This document shows positions 1-12,347 of a DNA stretch of 64,000 bases, one piece after another (the stretch's first letter is position 1; each line of letters starts with the position of its first letter). This stretch comes from Microthyrium microscopicum (Eukaryota). Position numbers and translations under genes: made by a program. The stretch covers positions 881,122 through 945,121 of the forward strand of contig MU004233.1 in NCBI GenBank assembly GCA_010405405.1, given 5' to 3'. The notes below the pieces were generated by a model. It made no database searches, was not told the DNA's origin, and worked only from the letters and a program-made list of their open reading frames with translations.

Positions 1-2040
1 TCTGTACTAGGCTCAAAGGAGTCGGGGAATTTCTCGAATTTCATCAATTCCTGGTAAATCATTGAAGACTTGTCTGTGCAAATATACCTGGCAGCTTTCT
101 ATGTGTACAATGATTAGGTCAGAGGCAAACCGTTAGACCCTTTTTAAAAGTGTAACAAACCAGATGGATGAGTGGTATAGATTGCTTCTTTATTCTATGG
201 AAAGCTTCAAGGATAGCCCCTTTCACTGTCCAATCCTTGAGCAGGGATATCACACGCGTCCGGAATTCAGATAATCGGAGCATGCATTTTGCTAGTCAAA
301 ATGCATAATTCCCTCTGTATTGACAATGAAATAAGTATGAATCTACAAGCTGGGACGTCAAAACTGCTACAACGCGCAATCATGAACAAGCTTTCCCAAC
401 AAAGCTTTCCCAATAACCCCACATCATATGCCAATACTCGGTATACAATGCTGTAGTCTGAGGGTATACAGAAAGCCAAGATACATATTGCTTCCGTGCT
501 AAACCCCAGCAGTAGACAGGGTCTATATAGCTGATCTAGGTGTCTCTAGACTAATTGTAATCTACAACCCGATTCTTGGTATTATAGAGTATCGAGAGAA
601 GAGTATGCCGCTCAGCTGGTCACGGAATAATAGATCCTACCAAAGGACTAAAATTGGAAGAATATAAGAAAGTGTTCGTGATGATTACAGTAAACAGATT
701 CGCGGGCTGACCGTTGCAACGGATGTGTAAAGCACAACTCCGCCTTGCAGTCCGCACGGGGACATATACGGCCATATCATGAGTTTAACAATCGTACTCT
801 ATAGCTTAGCCGGAACCCTATTCCATATAAATCTGGGGTGATATAGGCTGCGTGCACGAATCGCCTTGCAAATAGCTCGGGTAATAAAATAAACACTAAG
901 CACGAAATAGGGCCTCGAACATATCTTCAACCTATAAGAAGGTTTGAAATAGATGCTTCTAGTACTACTTACCCTGCTCTGAAGCGATGGTTGTCTGGGA
1001 GTAGGTAGATTATAGGTTTGATTCGTCGCTTCAAGGTTCAAGCACAGCTTGTATCGGTACGCGGGCTCGCATGCCATCTAGCTTTCAAGTTATTTGGGTA
1101 GCGAAGGCCTGGCTACGGTGTCGGTTTGTGTCCGAGTTGCGACTTGCACGAGCATTATAGACTAGCTCATGTATATGAAGGTTCGATTCCGTGGTAAAAT
1201 TTGGCGGCCAAAGTCAGCGAAAATCCGATGCGTTGCGATTCCTTTAGTTACCACTTTGTCAGTTCGTACTGACCAACATCTCCACATCTCGAACAGCGGC
1301 ACCGTTTGGGATCGAGAGTGTAGGATCACATACCTTGTTCTAGAAACGGACCGTCTGAGAAAAGGCTCCATCGCGATATGTTAGAGGACTGATGCCAGCA
1401 ACAGTGCTATATCTGAGTTGCCAATACCATGGTTTCCAACCGTCAACGCGGGACATGTGAGTGCATATCGGGCCAGAGCATAGAAAGGTCACAGCTGCAG
1501 CGTGATATCATGGGTAGCTCCACAGGATGAAGTAGATAGAATAAGATACCTGACGATAATGGGTTGTCAGACAGGAAAAGCTGCTGCTGGGAAGATCTGG
1601 AGCAGAAAGACCCTGAGAAAAGGTTAAATTAGGAGCAACGTGGACGCTAGCAGGGACACCCTTGTACCAGATGCATGCCAAGATACACCAACTCAACCTC
1701 ATTTTATTACAACAGAGCTTGAAAATTTATTCTCTCCAACATTACTCTTCTCTGCCAAACCAACCCGAGTACTCTAACCCCAAGAATCGCCTGCTATCCT
1801 TCATTGACAGCCCATAGCGCTGCCCAAGTAACGAAACGCTGACCTTCCCTTGCCTTTCCGCCGGACCGCTCCGTGAGCACCATCTTTCCCATTAGCACAA
1901 TTGTTCGACAGCATAATTTTTTCTTCCCGTTCAACCCAGACGTGCAATCTGTACACTGTCGCTTTGCGTTCTTGAAAAAACACCCGGTTGTAAAAACACC
2001 TAAATATAGGCAATCTTTCAAATATACCTACCGGTACAAG

Positions 2041-2541
2041 ATGGCATCCCTCCCTCCCTCCGACGAAGCCACCCTCACCCACGTCCAATCCGTACTCCAA
2101 ACCCGCACCCTCTCCTCCCCCATCTACGCCTTCATCCTAACCCCACTCCGCATCACCCATGCCTCACGCGGCCTCATCATCGCACGCCTAGTCCTCGCAG
2201 CCCCCCATCTCAATGCCTCTGGCTCCCTGCACGGGGGTGTATCCGCGACGCTTGTTGACTGGGCTGGCGGATGTGCGATCAGCACCTGGGACTTGCGGAC
2301 AGGCACTGGTGTGAGCGTAGACATCAACATCAGCTACCTGGGTGGTGCCAAGCTTGGGGAAGAGATTGAGATTGAGGGGCGGGCGGATAAGGTGGGTGGG
2401 AGTTTGGCGTTTACGAGTGTGGGGATTTGGAAGGTTGAGGATGGGGGTAGGGGGAGTGCGGTGGCGGTTGGCAGACATACGAAGTTTGTGAGGGGGAGTG
2501 CGTCGAAGAAGGTTGAGGATGCTGTGAAGACTGCTGAATGA
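2041..2541 (+). CDS. PaaI/ACOT13-like hotdog-fold acyl-CoA thioesterase
   Basis: ATG at 2041; motifs HLNASGSLHGGVSATLVD, GVSVDINISYL and GRHTKF typical of the thioesterase superfamily (THEM2/ACOT13); no intron needed. Confidence 0.9.
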   Translation: MASLPPSDEATLTHVQSVLQTRTLSSPIYAFILTPLRITHASRGLIIARLVLAAPHLNASGSLHGGVSATLVDWAGGCAISTWDLRTGTGVSVDINISYLGGAKLGEEIEIEGRADKVGGSLAFTSVGIWKVEDGGRGSAVAVGRHTKFVRGSASKKVEDAVKTAE

Positions 2542-3046
2542 TCTTGCAGACAGTGGGCCTTCCTGGACTCGGTGCAAAGTGTTCGAGCCTTGATGGGCGA
2601 TGGGATGGAAGCCATATCTTTTAGTCAGCATGAGATTTCTCTGTGCGTGCTGGTCTCACTCTAAGTGGCGAGAGTAACTTCGTGGTTCTGTTTAAATTGC
2701 TGGTTTATATCGCCTAGTGCGACCTATCGGCAACAGAATTTCGATACATACTTGGACGTATAATGATAGATAGACATGAAATACAGCTAGACTTTGCTTT
2801 GCATCAAGCGTTTTCATCGATAGCAACATCAATAGCTACAACCTGTTCACTTAATATCTAATAGGTACATCATAGATTCTACATACGCTTCAAAGACATC
2901 GCGCTACCGCTCGCTTTACATGTTACCACGACAATAAAAATCCAAGCATACAAGCACTGTGTACGCTTTCATAAGAACAGGTTCTCCAATTTCCTCATAT
3001 CATCCAGCCATATCATGTTCATAGCACATGACAACATCCGTCTTCA

Positions 3047-6000
3047 TCACTGCGTAATCGCCCGGAGAGCCTGCAACGCTAATCCAAACACCAGCCCTCT
3101 AGCCACGGTCTGCACCTGCAACGCATCAAACACCCGTCCCAGTGCCTCCGCACTCGCTGCCTGGCCCATCACGCTGTTTAGTGCCTGGGGCATGCCGCGC
3201 TCCAGTAATAACTTGCGTGCTTTGGCGCGTAGCTCCTCTCGCTGCTCTGGCGTGCGTTCAGCTGGCCAGGTAGCGCGCTCGGCCTCGGTTGGTAGTGTGT
3301 TGGCGCGTAGGGTCTGGATGTGGGTGGCTAAGCCGGCATCGCTAGTATTGGCGTCGAGGAGAGTATCTTGGAGGAGTTGGCGGATGGAGTCGAGTTGGGC
3401 ATTGCCTGGACGTAGAAGAATTGTTTTTGCGGCGTTGAGGAGGGTGAGACGGACGGACCAGGCGGAGCTGAGCTTGTAAAGCTCTGTAATGGACGCGAGG
3501 CCGAGCTCAACAGCTTGGTGTGTTTCTTTTTCGGAGAGAGGTTTCTGCGCGGGGCGGGCGGGTTTCGAGGCTGGTTCTTCGGGGATTACTGTGGTGCGCA
3601 GAAGGTCGACGTGTGATGAATTGGTGGTGGATGTGGAGTAGCGAGGAGGTCCATCAACCGATTGACGTGACGGTGTATCTTTGGGACGAATTTCATAGTC
3701 GTCAGTGATGCTAGTTGGGGGCGGAGGAAGATTGATGATCTGGTCGCCGCTGAGGACCGGGGTGAACTCTAAGCCGGCCATAGGAGCGATCTTTGACTTT
3801 TCGGAGATGCTTTCTCGTATGCTACTAGGTCGTCGTTCCATTTGAGCGATTGGTGCTGGTTGAGTATCGACTATTGGAGAAGCGGCCCGGAGACTATCCT
3901 GACTTTGACGTGCTGAGGCCGAAACTCCTATTACGCCATCTGCACGAGAGAGGCTTGGTGTCGATATTGATGCTTGCGATCTATTGAGGGCAGGCGAGCT
4001 GGTGATGCTATTCTTTTTGGGTGTTTTGCCCGCTCCCAAAACGCTGTTGACACCTCCCAAGATTGCCTTGCCGCCAGTTGCTACACCTTTTGGTGCTTGA
4101 GAGAACACATCGACCATGCCCTTTCCGACATTCTCAATTGCTCCTAATCCAAAACCTTGTTTTTGTGGAGCTTTGGAAACAGCATTATCCTTTTGAGCGA
4201 ATTCTTTCAGTGCTTGAGAGTCTGCTATAGATGGATGCTGAACAGCATCAAGCAAATACCGTTCCAGATCGTCGCGTAGCTTGGCTTTTGTTGTACCTTT
4301 CCACAGTGGCAACGTTGGATGAGAATCGCTGAACTTCTGTGCTCCGGTGACTTTGGCAATCCGAACAATTCTCTCGTGGAGCGCTTCAAAGTCATTATAT
4401 CTGCGGAATATCATCCATCCCGGATAGTAAGTGGTTGCTGGTTCTATTTGAATCATGTACTCGGTCGGAGGCTTATTTCTGATGGTGGACTTATCGTTGG
4501 GGTCAGAGTCGTCCATGATGAGAATATTAGCCAGATGTAAAGTCAGTGGCGGTGGTTCTCGCTTCTTGCGCTCCTCTTCCTCCAAAAGAGCGGTAGGCCT
4601 GTCTCCTTGAACTAGCTGGTCGAAAGTTGTGAATGTTGACATTCTTTTCGGTTCGGCCGGACGCTCCTCACTGACAGGCAGATCTACTGGCTGTTCGGCT
4701 TTAGATTTTGGTTGCTGGATGGAGACTGGAGGTGAGTTGTCGCTGTGGTGACCATCACTATGTGATGAAGTAGGCGTATACACACCCTGTGTAGTACTTT
4801 CCGAAGCATCATCAGATCGAACGCTTCCAGGGACCTTGGAGATTGTGATACCGGTAGCTGGTGGTTCATCCTTTGTTTTCTTGGCCTCTTCTTCGGCAAT
4901 CATCTGAGTCAGTCTTGCTGCCTCCCGCATGGCATCATCCATGGCCTCTTGTGCCTTGCTGACCACACGCTTGTGTCTCAACTGTTCTGGAGATTCAGTC
5001 TCCTCGTGTTGAGAGTCAGATGCTTCGGAGCTCGTCTTGGCCTTCCCAGATGTCCCTTTGGATGTCATCTCTTCTTTTGGAGCTTCTGCAGGTGGATCTT
5101 CAAGTAGATACACAATCCAGTCATTGATGTATTCTGCCCTAGACCAATTTTGTATTGACCAATCCAAACATACTTTAGAGACGATCTCTCGGAGAAAGAC
5201 CCGAATAAACTCGCAATTGTAAGTTTTGTGATCTAGGAATGTTTCAAGAACATCGTCGGCAACGAGATCGAGCTTCCTAAGCTGATTTTCAGAGTCGACG
5301 AGATATCTTAGATTGCATTCAGGCTTTGCTTCCAAATACAATTCGATAGCCTCCTGTGTGCTTGTGTTTGGATTCAGAGTTACAGCAGCTGTCAACTCGT
5401 TGAGAAAAACTATAAGTATGGAGGTTGAATGGGTTGCAAAGTCGACGAATACATTGGCTGGGCGCTTCCGGTATAAATGGTTCGAAAGCGATAAAAGGAA
5501 GGCTGTGAGCGTTTGTCGGCAGGCATCTGGAAATCTTAACTCTTGCGGAAGCATTGGTGAGTACCACCATTTGACGTAGTCGCGTATAGCAGCATCGGTG
5601 AATTCGTCCAAAGCCATGCGCGTTTCTGCTCGGAATTCCGAGTAATCCAGCTTCTTTCCCTTGACTACCTCAACTCGGTCAAGTCTCTCGATCTCTTCCG
5701 CTTCTTGATCATGATGCTGGCCCCAGGTAAGAGTTCTCTTGACAATGTCTAGACCAATCTCTCGACGCCGTCGCTCTTCTCGAGCTTTGTTCTCAGCATT
5801 GGCTGCCCCACTCTCATGGCCTTCCCATGTCGCATGGAGCACCACCCCGCCAACTACGCCCATGAGAACAAGCCCGACTCGTCCAAGGACGAAGTATGTA
5901 GTGGCGCCCAGGCCAACGAGGCATGCGCCGATCGTCTCATTACTGGCTGTAGATAGGAATTGAAGGGCTTGGTCTGTGAAGGATTGCGCCGTCTCCTGAA

Positions 6001-6136
6001 GACTTGGCGGAGGATGATCTGGTTTGGATATAGGCGCATCTGATGCGAGGGGACTTATAGGTGTATCATCTTGAGGGGGTTCGAGGACGGAAGGAGCTAA
6101 CGTTGGTACCGGCTCAGATGGAGGAATGTCGGACAT
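3047..6136 (-). CDS. PXA + PX domain protein (sorting-nexin-like, N-terminal membrane anchor)
   Basis: About 1030 aa ORF from ATG 6136; hydrophobic segment GACLVGLGATTYFVLGRVGLVLMGVVGGVVL; PXA-like IRDYVKWWYSP; PX signature GWMIFRRYNDFEALHERI. Confidence 0.85.
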   Translation of the reverse strand: MSDIPPSEPVPTLAPSVLEPPQDDTPISPLASDAPISKPDHPPPSLQETAQSFTDQALQFLSTASNETIGACLVGLGATTYFVLGRVGLVLMGVVGGVVLHATWEGHESGAANAENKAREERRRREIGLDIVKRTLTWGQHHDQEAEEIERLDRVEVVKGKKLDYSEFRAETRMALDEFTDAAIRDYVKWWYSPMLPQELRFPDACRQTLTAFLLSLSNHLYRKRPANVFVDFATHSTSILIVFLNELTAAVTLNPNTSTQEAIELYLEAKPECNLRYLVDSENQLRKLDLVADDVLETFLDHKTYNCEFIRVFLREIVSKVCLDWSIQNWSRAEYINDWIVYLLEDPPAEAPKEEMTSKGTSGKAKTSSEASDSQHEETESPEQLRHKRVVSKAQEAMDDAMREAARLTQMIAEEEAKKTKDEPPATGITISKVPGSVRSDDASESTTQGVYTPTSSHSDGHHSDNSPPVSIQQPKSKAEQPVDLPVSEERPAEPKRMSTFTTFDQLVQGDRPTALLEEEERKKREPPPLTLHLANILIMDDSDPNDKSTIRNKPPTEYMIQIEPATTYYPGWMIFRRYNDFEALHERIVRIAKVTGAQKFSDSHPTLPLWKGTTKAKLRDDLERYLLDAVQHPSIADSQALKEFAQKDNAVSKAPQKQGFGLGAIENVGKGMVDVFSQAPKGVATGGKAILGGVNSVLGAGKTPKKNSITSSPALNRSQASISTPSLSRADGVIGVSASARQSQDSLRAASPIVDTQPAPIAQMERRPSSIRESISEKSKIAPMAGLEFTPVLSGDQIINLPPPPTSITDDYEIRPKDTPSRQSVDGPPRYSTSTTNSSHVDLLRTTVIPEEPASKPARPAQKPLSEKETHQAVELGLASITELYKLSSAWSVRLTLLNAAKTILLRPGNAQLDSIRQLLQDTLLDANTSDAGLATHIQTLRANTLPTEAERATWPAERTPEQREELRAKARKLLLERGMPQALNSVMGQAASAEALGRVFDALQVQTVARGLVFGLALQALRAITQ

Positions 6137-6618
6137 GGCGGGTGAAGGACATGGGATCGGATAGGATTGGACAGCAACCAAGGGCGCAAGTGCGAGATAG
6201 TCGGGGTTCGTCAAAGGCAATGGCAGCGCTGATGGAAGTCAAAGACAGAGTTTTTGTTATTAGTACAGGACATAGAAGAGAGGTGGTGAGACTTGAGAAG
6301 CAAGAAGTGGTGGAGAGAGATTGAAGGAGGTGTTGAATTGGCCCTGGAAGCTGCAGCTGTTCTTCCACTCTTTCCCTTTCTCCACATTGGCTCTGGCCAC
6401 AGTATCATAGATTCATCACTCATCCAGCCTCTAGCTACCAACCCTTTTTGCATATTTTCCTGTTATCTTTATTCCTTAAGCTATTGTCACTTAGGTACAT
6501 CAGCTCTGTACAATGCGCACACGACACCGTTCCTACAATGGCTTTGCGAGCACTGTCCGTCGATCATTCCTTAATGTCCCAATACAGCCGACCATCAACT
6601 GCTTGAACGGGAACCAAA

Positions 6619-7164
6619 TCACCTCTCTTTCTCTACTCCTTCTGTCTGAGCTTTATGACGGCTTTTCGCATTCTCCCACCGTTCCATGGTCTCTTTTGAC
6701 CACACTTCCTCTCGCGGATACGATTCCTCATACACGACAGCCGCCTCTGGCAACATGACCCATGGCTGCTTTGTGCTTGTAAAGATGTGGATGTTTGGCT
6801 CCAGTACACCCTAACGGTCCAGTGTTCCACCACGAATGAAGATAAGCCCATCAAGGCCTGGATATGTACTCCATACCACGCTGAGGCATTTCGAACACCT
6901 ATTCATAATTTGCTCCTTGCTCTGGCCGCGCCATGTAGGAGTAGGTGTCTGTAATGGCTCCATGGTCGTCGAGCTGCCTGACGTCGGTATAAGTGTGAGT
7001 GATTCGCATTCCAAAGCGATATTGAAAGCAAATGCGCTGCCTGTTTCACGCTGGCAGTATGTGCAATGACAGCAATGAACTACAATTGGCTTTCTGGTGA
7101 GCTCATAGCGAATTGCTCCGCAGGCACATCCGCCTGTGGTGTTGTATGCTTCGATCGACGACAT
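6619..7164 (-). pseudogene. GFA/CENP-V (Mss4-like) zinc-binding protein with one in-frame TAG at 6811-6813
   Basis: GGCACGAIRY, HCCHCTYCQRETGSAF and RCSKC motifs; the family-typical tail GVLEPNIHIFTSTKQPWVMLP...EEVWSKETMERW continues in the same frame after the TAG, to TGA at 6619-6621. Confidence 0.8.
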
Positions 7165-8511
7165 GTTCTTTGGGGTAAGCTTTCTATTGAAATGATAAGA
7201 TTCGAAAAATGTCACGAGCTATCTAGGACTTCTTGAAGGCTCTGACAGAAGTAGAGCTGCCTATGAACTACATGCACTCCGTAGGGCGTATAAAGCTCAG
7301 CATGCACTACATCTGATCTACCACGACATCCTGCTAGTCTATCGCTCATTCATGCCTACTTAGTCGAGCAATGTTGCCAGAGGCATCCATACGAATAATT
7401 GATACAACATTTGAAGTTCAGTACTAAACATGATCCCGGCATTTGGCTACTTTCATACTCCTCTTGACCTTGTCATAAAGTGCTTTGAGAAAACGCGTTC
7501 TACGTGGTGAAGAGCTTGGAATCTGCTCTATATCAATTCCATTATGGTGAAGCATTGGCCTTTGATACGTCGAATGGCATCAGTACTTTTACTTTACCTA
7601 ATCTCTCAAAGATGGAAGGCTACAGCCCTATTCAGTATCTGATCTCGGGCCGGTTCATACAAAAGCTGAGTTCATTCCCAACAGATAACACATTGAAGTA
7701 AGTCCGCCATATTCGCTCTCAGACCAGCTCTTGAAAAGGCTCAGAAGCTATGTCAAGTTCCTGCATTCGAACCCGGGTTTAAGCTCATCGATTGTGTGGG
7801 CAGTCGAATCCCGCTTCATAGCAACCGACTAATATGACTTTTGTCCACGGAAACCTTCAATTTTATGTCCCCAAGGCAAATCTTAGACTCAGTCTGTGGC
7901 TTTGAACGTAGCAACCCCCCTCAATCCACTTCGAGTAGATGAATATGTCAAACCCTAAGATCCCACTGGCCACGAAGATCTACCACCCAGGTAACCAGCA
8001 CAGATACCACGAATCCCAATCCTTCTCACTGCCCTAGCTTCAGAGCTACAAAGCCACAAAGCTCTTCAAAGGCAATCCTCTTACAGGGTGTCAGATATAC
8101 CATTCACCCAATCACAATCACCAAAGTGTGGCTAAGCTGCTCAATGCCCCTAAAGTCTAATCTATATGTGCTAAACTAGGACACAGTTGATCCCATGAAT
8201 CCATTTACCTCTTGGCGAGGCTTGTTTCTTCTCGGGAACAGCTTGGCATACAAATGACAATGGTGCCCGAGCGATATGTGGGCTGGATTTTGGAAGGATT
8301 GTTCTTATTAGCTCTATTGTTTGCGGCGAGGATTGCAACTTATACCCTCCTATTCCTATCTTGAGACTGTGCATGCTCTGGAGTCTTGTTCTTCCTTGGC
8401 TTTTCATGTATAACGACTCTAAGACCTGGACGCTTTCTAGTTTGCTGCAATTTTGTTCGATTATAGAGGTTTCTGTTCCACCAACCGCCATATCACACAA
8501 AGCCACTTACC

Positions 8512-9988
8512 ATGTCGCTGAAAAAAGATGCAGGTGACACCTACATCGAGCTTGACTCCCGGGTAGGATCACCAAATGACAGAGGCTATAAACCTATAAA
8601 AAAGAAGAGAGGAAATAACATCGAGCATTACTTTGTTAGTGACCCCAGAATTTCCAAGTCTTTCACTAATATGTTGTATAGTTTGGACCTCGCGATATCA
8701 CTCGACATTCCAGAATCCCCTTCTTCTTTCGTATTCATGGCAGCGTCTTACCTCATCTCATCATTCCATTCACGTTATACTCAATATGGACGACTGGAGC
8801 GACTCTGATTCTGCATTTTTACTTCAGGCACCGTATGTCAACATGCCATAACTCAAGGTACACGTACTAACGCCCATTAGACCAATTTGACAATGTTCTC
8901 CTAACAGTCCTTGGTTTCCTCGTCGGTCTTACACTTTCCTTCCGCAATCAAACAGCCTATTCGCGCTACGATGAAGGCCGCAAGTACTGGTCCCAACTCA
9001 CCCTGATATCAAGCAACCTTTCGCGAGTAATCTGGTCTCACGCCAAAGAACGCGAAGGCGAAGAAGGAAAAGAAGACCTCCTAGCCAAAATGTACCTACC
9101 CACCACTCACAACCCATCCCCCTATCCACTAACTCACTCAGAACATTCCTCAACCTCATCAAAGCCTTCTCCCTCGCCGTGAAGCACCGTCTCCGCTACG
9201 AGCCATACACCAACTACCCCGACATCCAACCCTACATCAGCTACCTCGACACCTACAGCCGCGCCGCCACCGCCGCAACACCCATAACAACCCCAAAAGT
9301 CAGCAAACTCATGCGTTTAGGCGAAACCCTCGGCATAACCTTCCTCGAACCAAACCCACGCGCCGCTCTCAAGAATGCGCGCGCGCCTCTCGGAAATCTG
9401 CCGCTGGAGATGCTGGTGCACATGCAATCGTATGTAGACAGCATAATCGCCAACGGCACCTTGAAAGCGAATATCTGCCAAATACAAAGCATTACGTCAC
9501 TGCAGATTCTCAACGACATTGCGTGTGGAACGGATCGTATTGCGAACACGCCTATTCCCATTGCATACAGTATTACGATAGCGCAGATTAGTTGGGCGTA
9601 TATCCTCCTGCTGCCATTCCAGCTCTACAGTAAATTGAAACTACAGACTATTCCGGCGAGTTTGCTGGCGGCGTATATTATTTTGGGCCTGGCGACGATT
9701 GGCACGGAGATTGAGAATCCTTTTGGCGATGGCGTGAATGATTTGCCGCTGGATATCTTTTGTGATAGTATTGCGGAGGAGGTGGATATTTTGATGAGTA
9801 GGCCGGTTATGGGAAGTAGTAAGGCGTTTGGGGTGGATGATAATATGCCGTTGTGGCCGTTGAGTCGCTCGGGGTGGGCGACTTGGGAGGAGAGGAGTGT
9901 GGATGATATTAGGGGCGCGTTGAAGAGTAAGGTTGTGGTGAGGAGACGGGTGAAGACGGATACGGTACAGATTAATCCGAGGGTGTGA
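8512..9988 (+). CDS. Bestrophin / UPF0187 family membrane protein (4 exons)
   Basis: Introns at about 8635-8682, 8833-8880 and 9092-9141; spliced product contains LLTVLGFLVGLTLSFRNQTAYSRYDEGRKYW, DRIANTPIPIAY and EIENPFGDGVNDLPLD. Confidence 0.88.
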
Positions 9989-10191
9989 GGTCTTTGGCGA
10001 ATTACAAATTGGGCACAGGGAGCAGATTGTTGACGAGATTATGAATTGTTGAAGCATTGCGGGTGTAGCATAGGGAGGTTTCATCGAGGAGACAAGGAGG
10101 GTGTCAGTTAGTAGTAGTATTATGTACAAAGAGGTTGTGGTTCAACTCCTGATATGGTACAGCATTCGCTAAATACAGAATTTGACCACGA

Positions 10192-11999
10192 TTACACTTT
10201 TCGTTTCAGAAGGCAATACTCTCCCCATTCCCTCTTAAATTTGTTGAAAGGCGGAATGTCAATAGGAGGAGTCCAAATCAATCTGCCAATCAAGGAGGTA
10301 GCGCCATTATCCAGGAAAGGTTCACATTTTACCTGTTCCCATGTTTTCGTATCATGGACGTAATTTGGTTCCAAGTCGGATGGCTCGGAGGATGGAAAGT
10401 ACGAGTCGACTACAAAGTTGCACTTGGAGATATCCGTCTAGAGTATCATCATTAGCTGTGTCTAATGAAATCAAAAAACTGGTCGTCACTTACATATTTA
10501 CCGAGATCTTCAACATTCTCATCGTTCATGCCTGTTGGTATTGTTCGAGCTCCAACATAGCCACTACGTCCGTCTTGGATTTCGTTGAATTCCCCAGGTA
10601 AAAGTCCGGAGAAAGCGCTCTTGATGAATTTGGCTTTGACTCTTTGCGGAAGGAAGTAAGAAGATGGAAACCGATACCATTCTTTTCCAAGGCAAACAGT
10701 ATCTCCTGGTTGGGCAATTTGTTCCAGAGGCGAATAGACTTTGAGAGGCGCTGAGTACCCCGATACCATACCAGCAGTTCGCAGTGTTGATATGAAAATG
10801 AGTCCAATCAGAGTGCCAATAGTGATGATCAGCTTGAGTGACGCCGGAACTTTGGTAAGTATCCAAAGAGGACGAGCAAGGAGGCCTTTTTGCGGAGGAT
10901 TGCCTATCACTTGCAAGGCGAAGTGAAAAGTGATGGCGGCATTGAATGCGATAAGTGGGTATATCGGGTACATGAATCTTTCTTCTTTGTGAGGCTGGAG
11001 TGTGAAGATCGCAAGCCATAGGAACATTGGAAATGTGTAAGTCAAAAGCGTTCCGGTAAATAATTTGGAGACAGGTCGAATGTTGAACCACGATGGGTTC
11101 TGAGCAATAACAATGGCGACTGGTGAGACCAGTGCGAGTAAGAACCAGCCATGGTAGTTGATGAGCAGATTTTGGATGTACCAGTGCCATGTTTCTGTTC
11201 CATAGATGTCCGGTCCTTTGGACGAACCACCAAAAACATTATACGCAACAATGTTCCATGGAACTGATAGAACTTTATCGTACAACCGTATGTCAATACC
11301 GCTTTGCCAGAACACAATCAGTAGAGCTCTCAGCCCACCAAGAGAGGTTGCTCGTATGAAGGATGTGATAGTTTGGTTGCGGCAAGCCTCGAATGCTTCC
11401 AGGGCCATATATGGGAGAATCAGAGCGCCAGCGAAAGGCCAACCTAGGACTGCGCCAAGAGAGAACCACATGATTCCTGATGGTAGATGTGCATGGTCCT
11501 TTTGCCAGTCCATGAAAGAGGCGGCACCCATCATGGTTGTATACATGGCAAAGCTGCTCGGTAGATAGGCAGTTGATGCATGGAACATACCAGCGCTAGT
11601 CATCATGATAAGCATGAAGAAGAGTGCAATACGAGGATGGATGACTTTGGTGACAACGCTGAAAAATCTTGACTCGGCGAGAGAGCAAACAATAGCCAGA
11701 GCAGTGCGTAAGAAGAAGAACTCTGCTGACTTCGCGGTCGTTCCGAAGATCATTGGCATGATTATTTTGAATGGCGCAATCAGGCTAGCATGTAGTCCAG
11801 CATATGCCCAACTTCTGATAGCATAGACAGGGGAGTATTCCCATGTCTGAAAGCCATATCCGTGATTGAGGTAGTGTGATGCTTCCCAGTAGTTGAAGAC
11901 CTCGTCGCAATCCTGGATGGGGGCCAGCGCCGCAGCTAATAGGTGAGCCAAAAAGAAGTACCAAAAGACGGTACTTCTTGGGATAGCGTCCGGCTGCAT
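10192..11999 (-). CDS. ALG9: Alpha-1,2-mannosyltransferase (GT22)
   Basis: PIQDCDEVFNYWEASHYL, FQTWEYSPVYAIRSW, QPHKEERFMYPIYP and GKEWYRFPSSYFLP; one intron near 10440-10492; last exon ends GEYCLLKRKV*. Confidence 0.95.
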
Positions 12000-12347
12000 C
12001 CTGAATTAAGGCTGGGCGAGTTTGAGGTCATATGAAGGACATTATTTGATGCTCTGATGAAGTTGGACAATTGACAATGCTTTTTGATATTGCTGAGAAC
12101 TGTACAGATGGCAGCGACCAGGGTCAAAGGCGCTTGACCCTTTTAGGCCGCTGGCCCCTGCAGCGATCTACGCTAGTGCTTTCCTTCGCGTTAAAGTTTT
12201 GGACCTCTCCTGCTCCTTAATTTTCTCTTGTTTCGCTTCATCAGGGTGTCTGATACAGAACACTTTGCATTCAAGAGGAATCTGAATATTGCGCAGGTGA
12301 TCTTGTATTATCTCCTACATACAAAACTCCATCGCCAACCATCAAGG

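Noticed and set aside
1..1870. Short ORFs at the window start
   Set aside because: No motifs, splice pattern or repeat structure to support a feature
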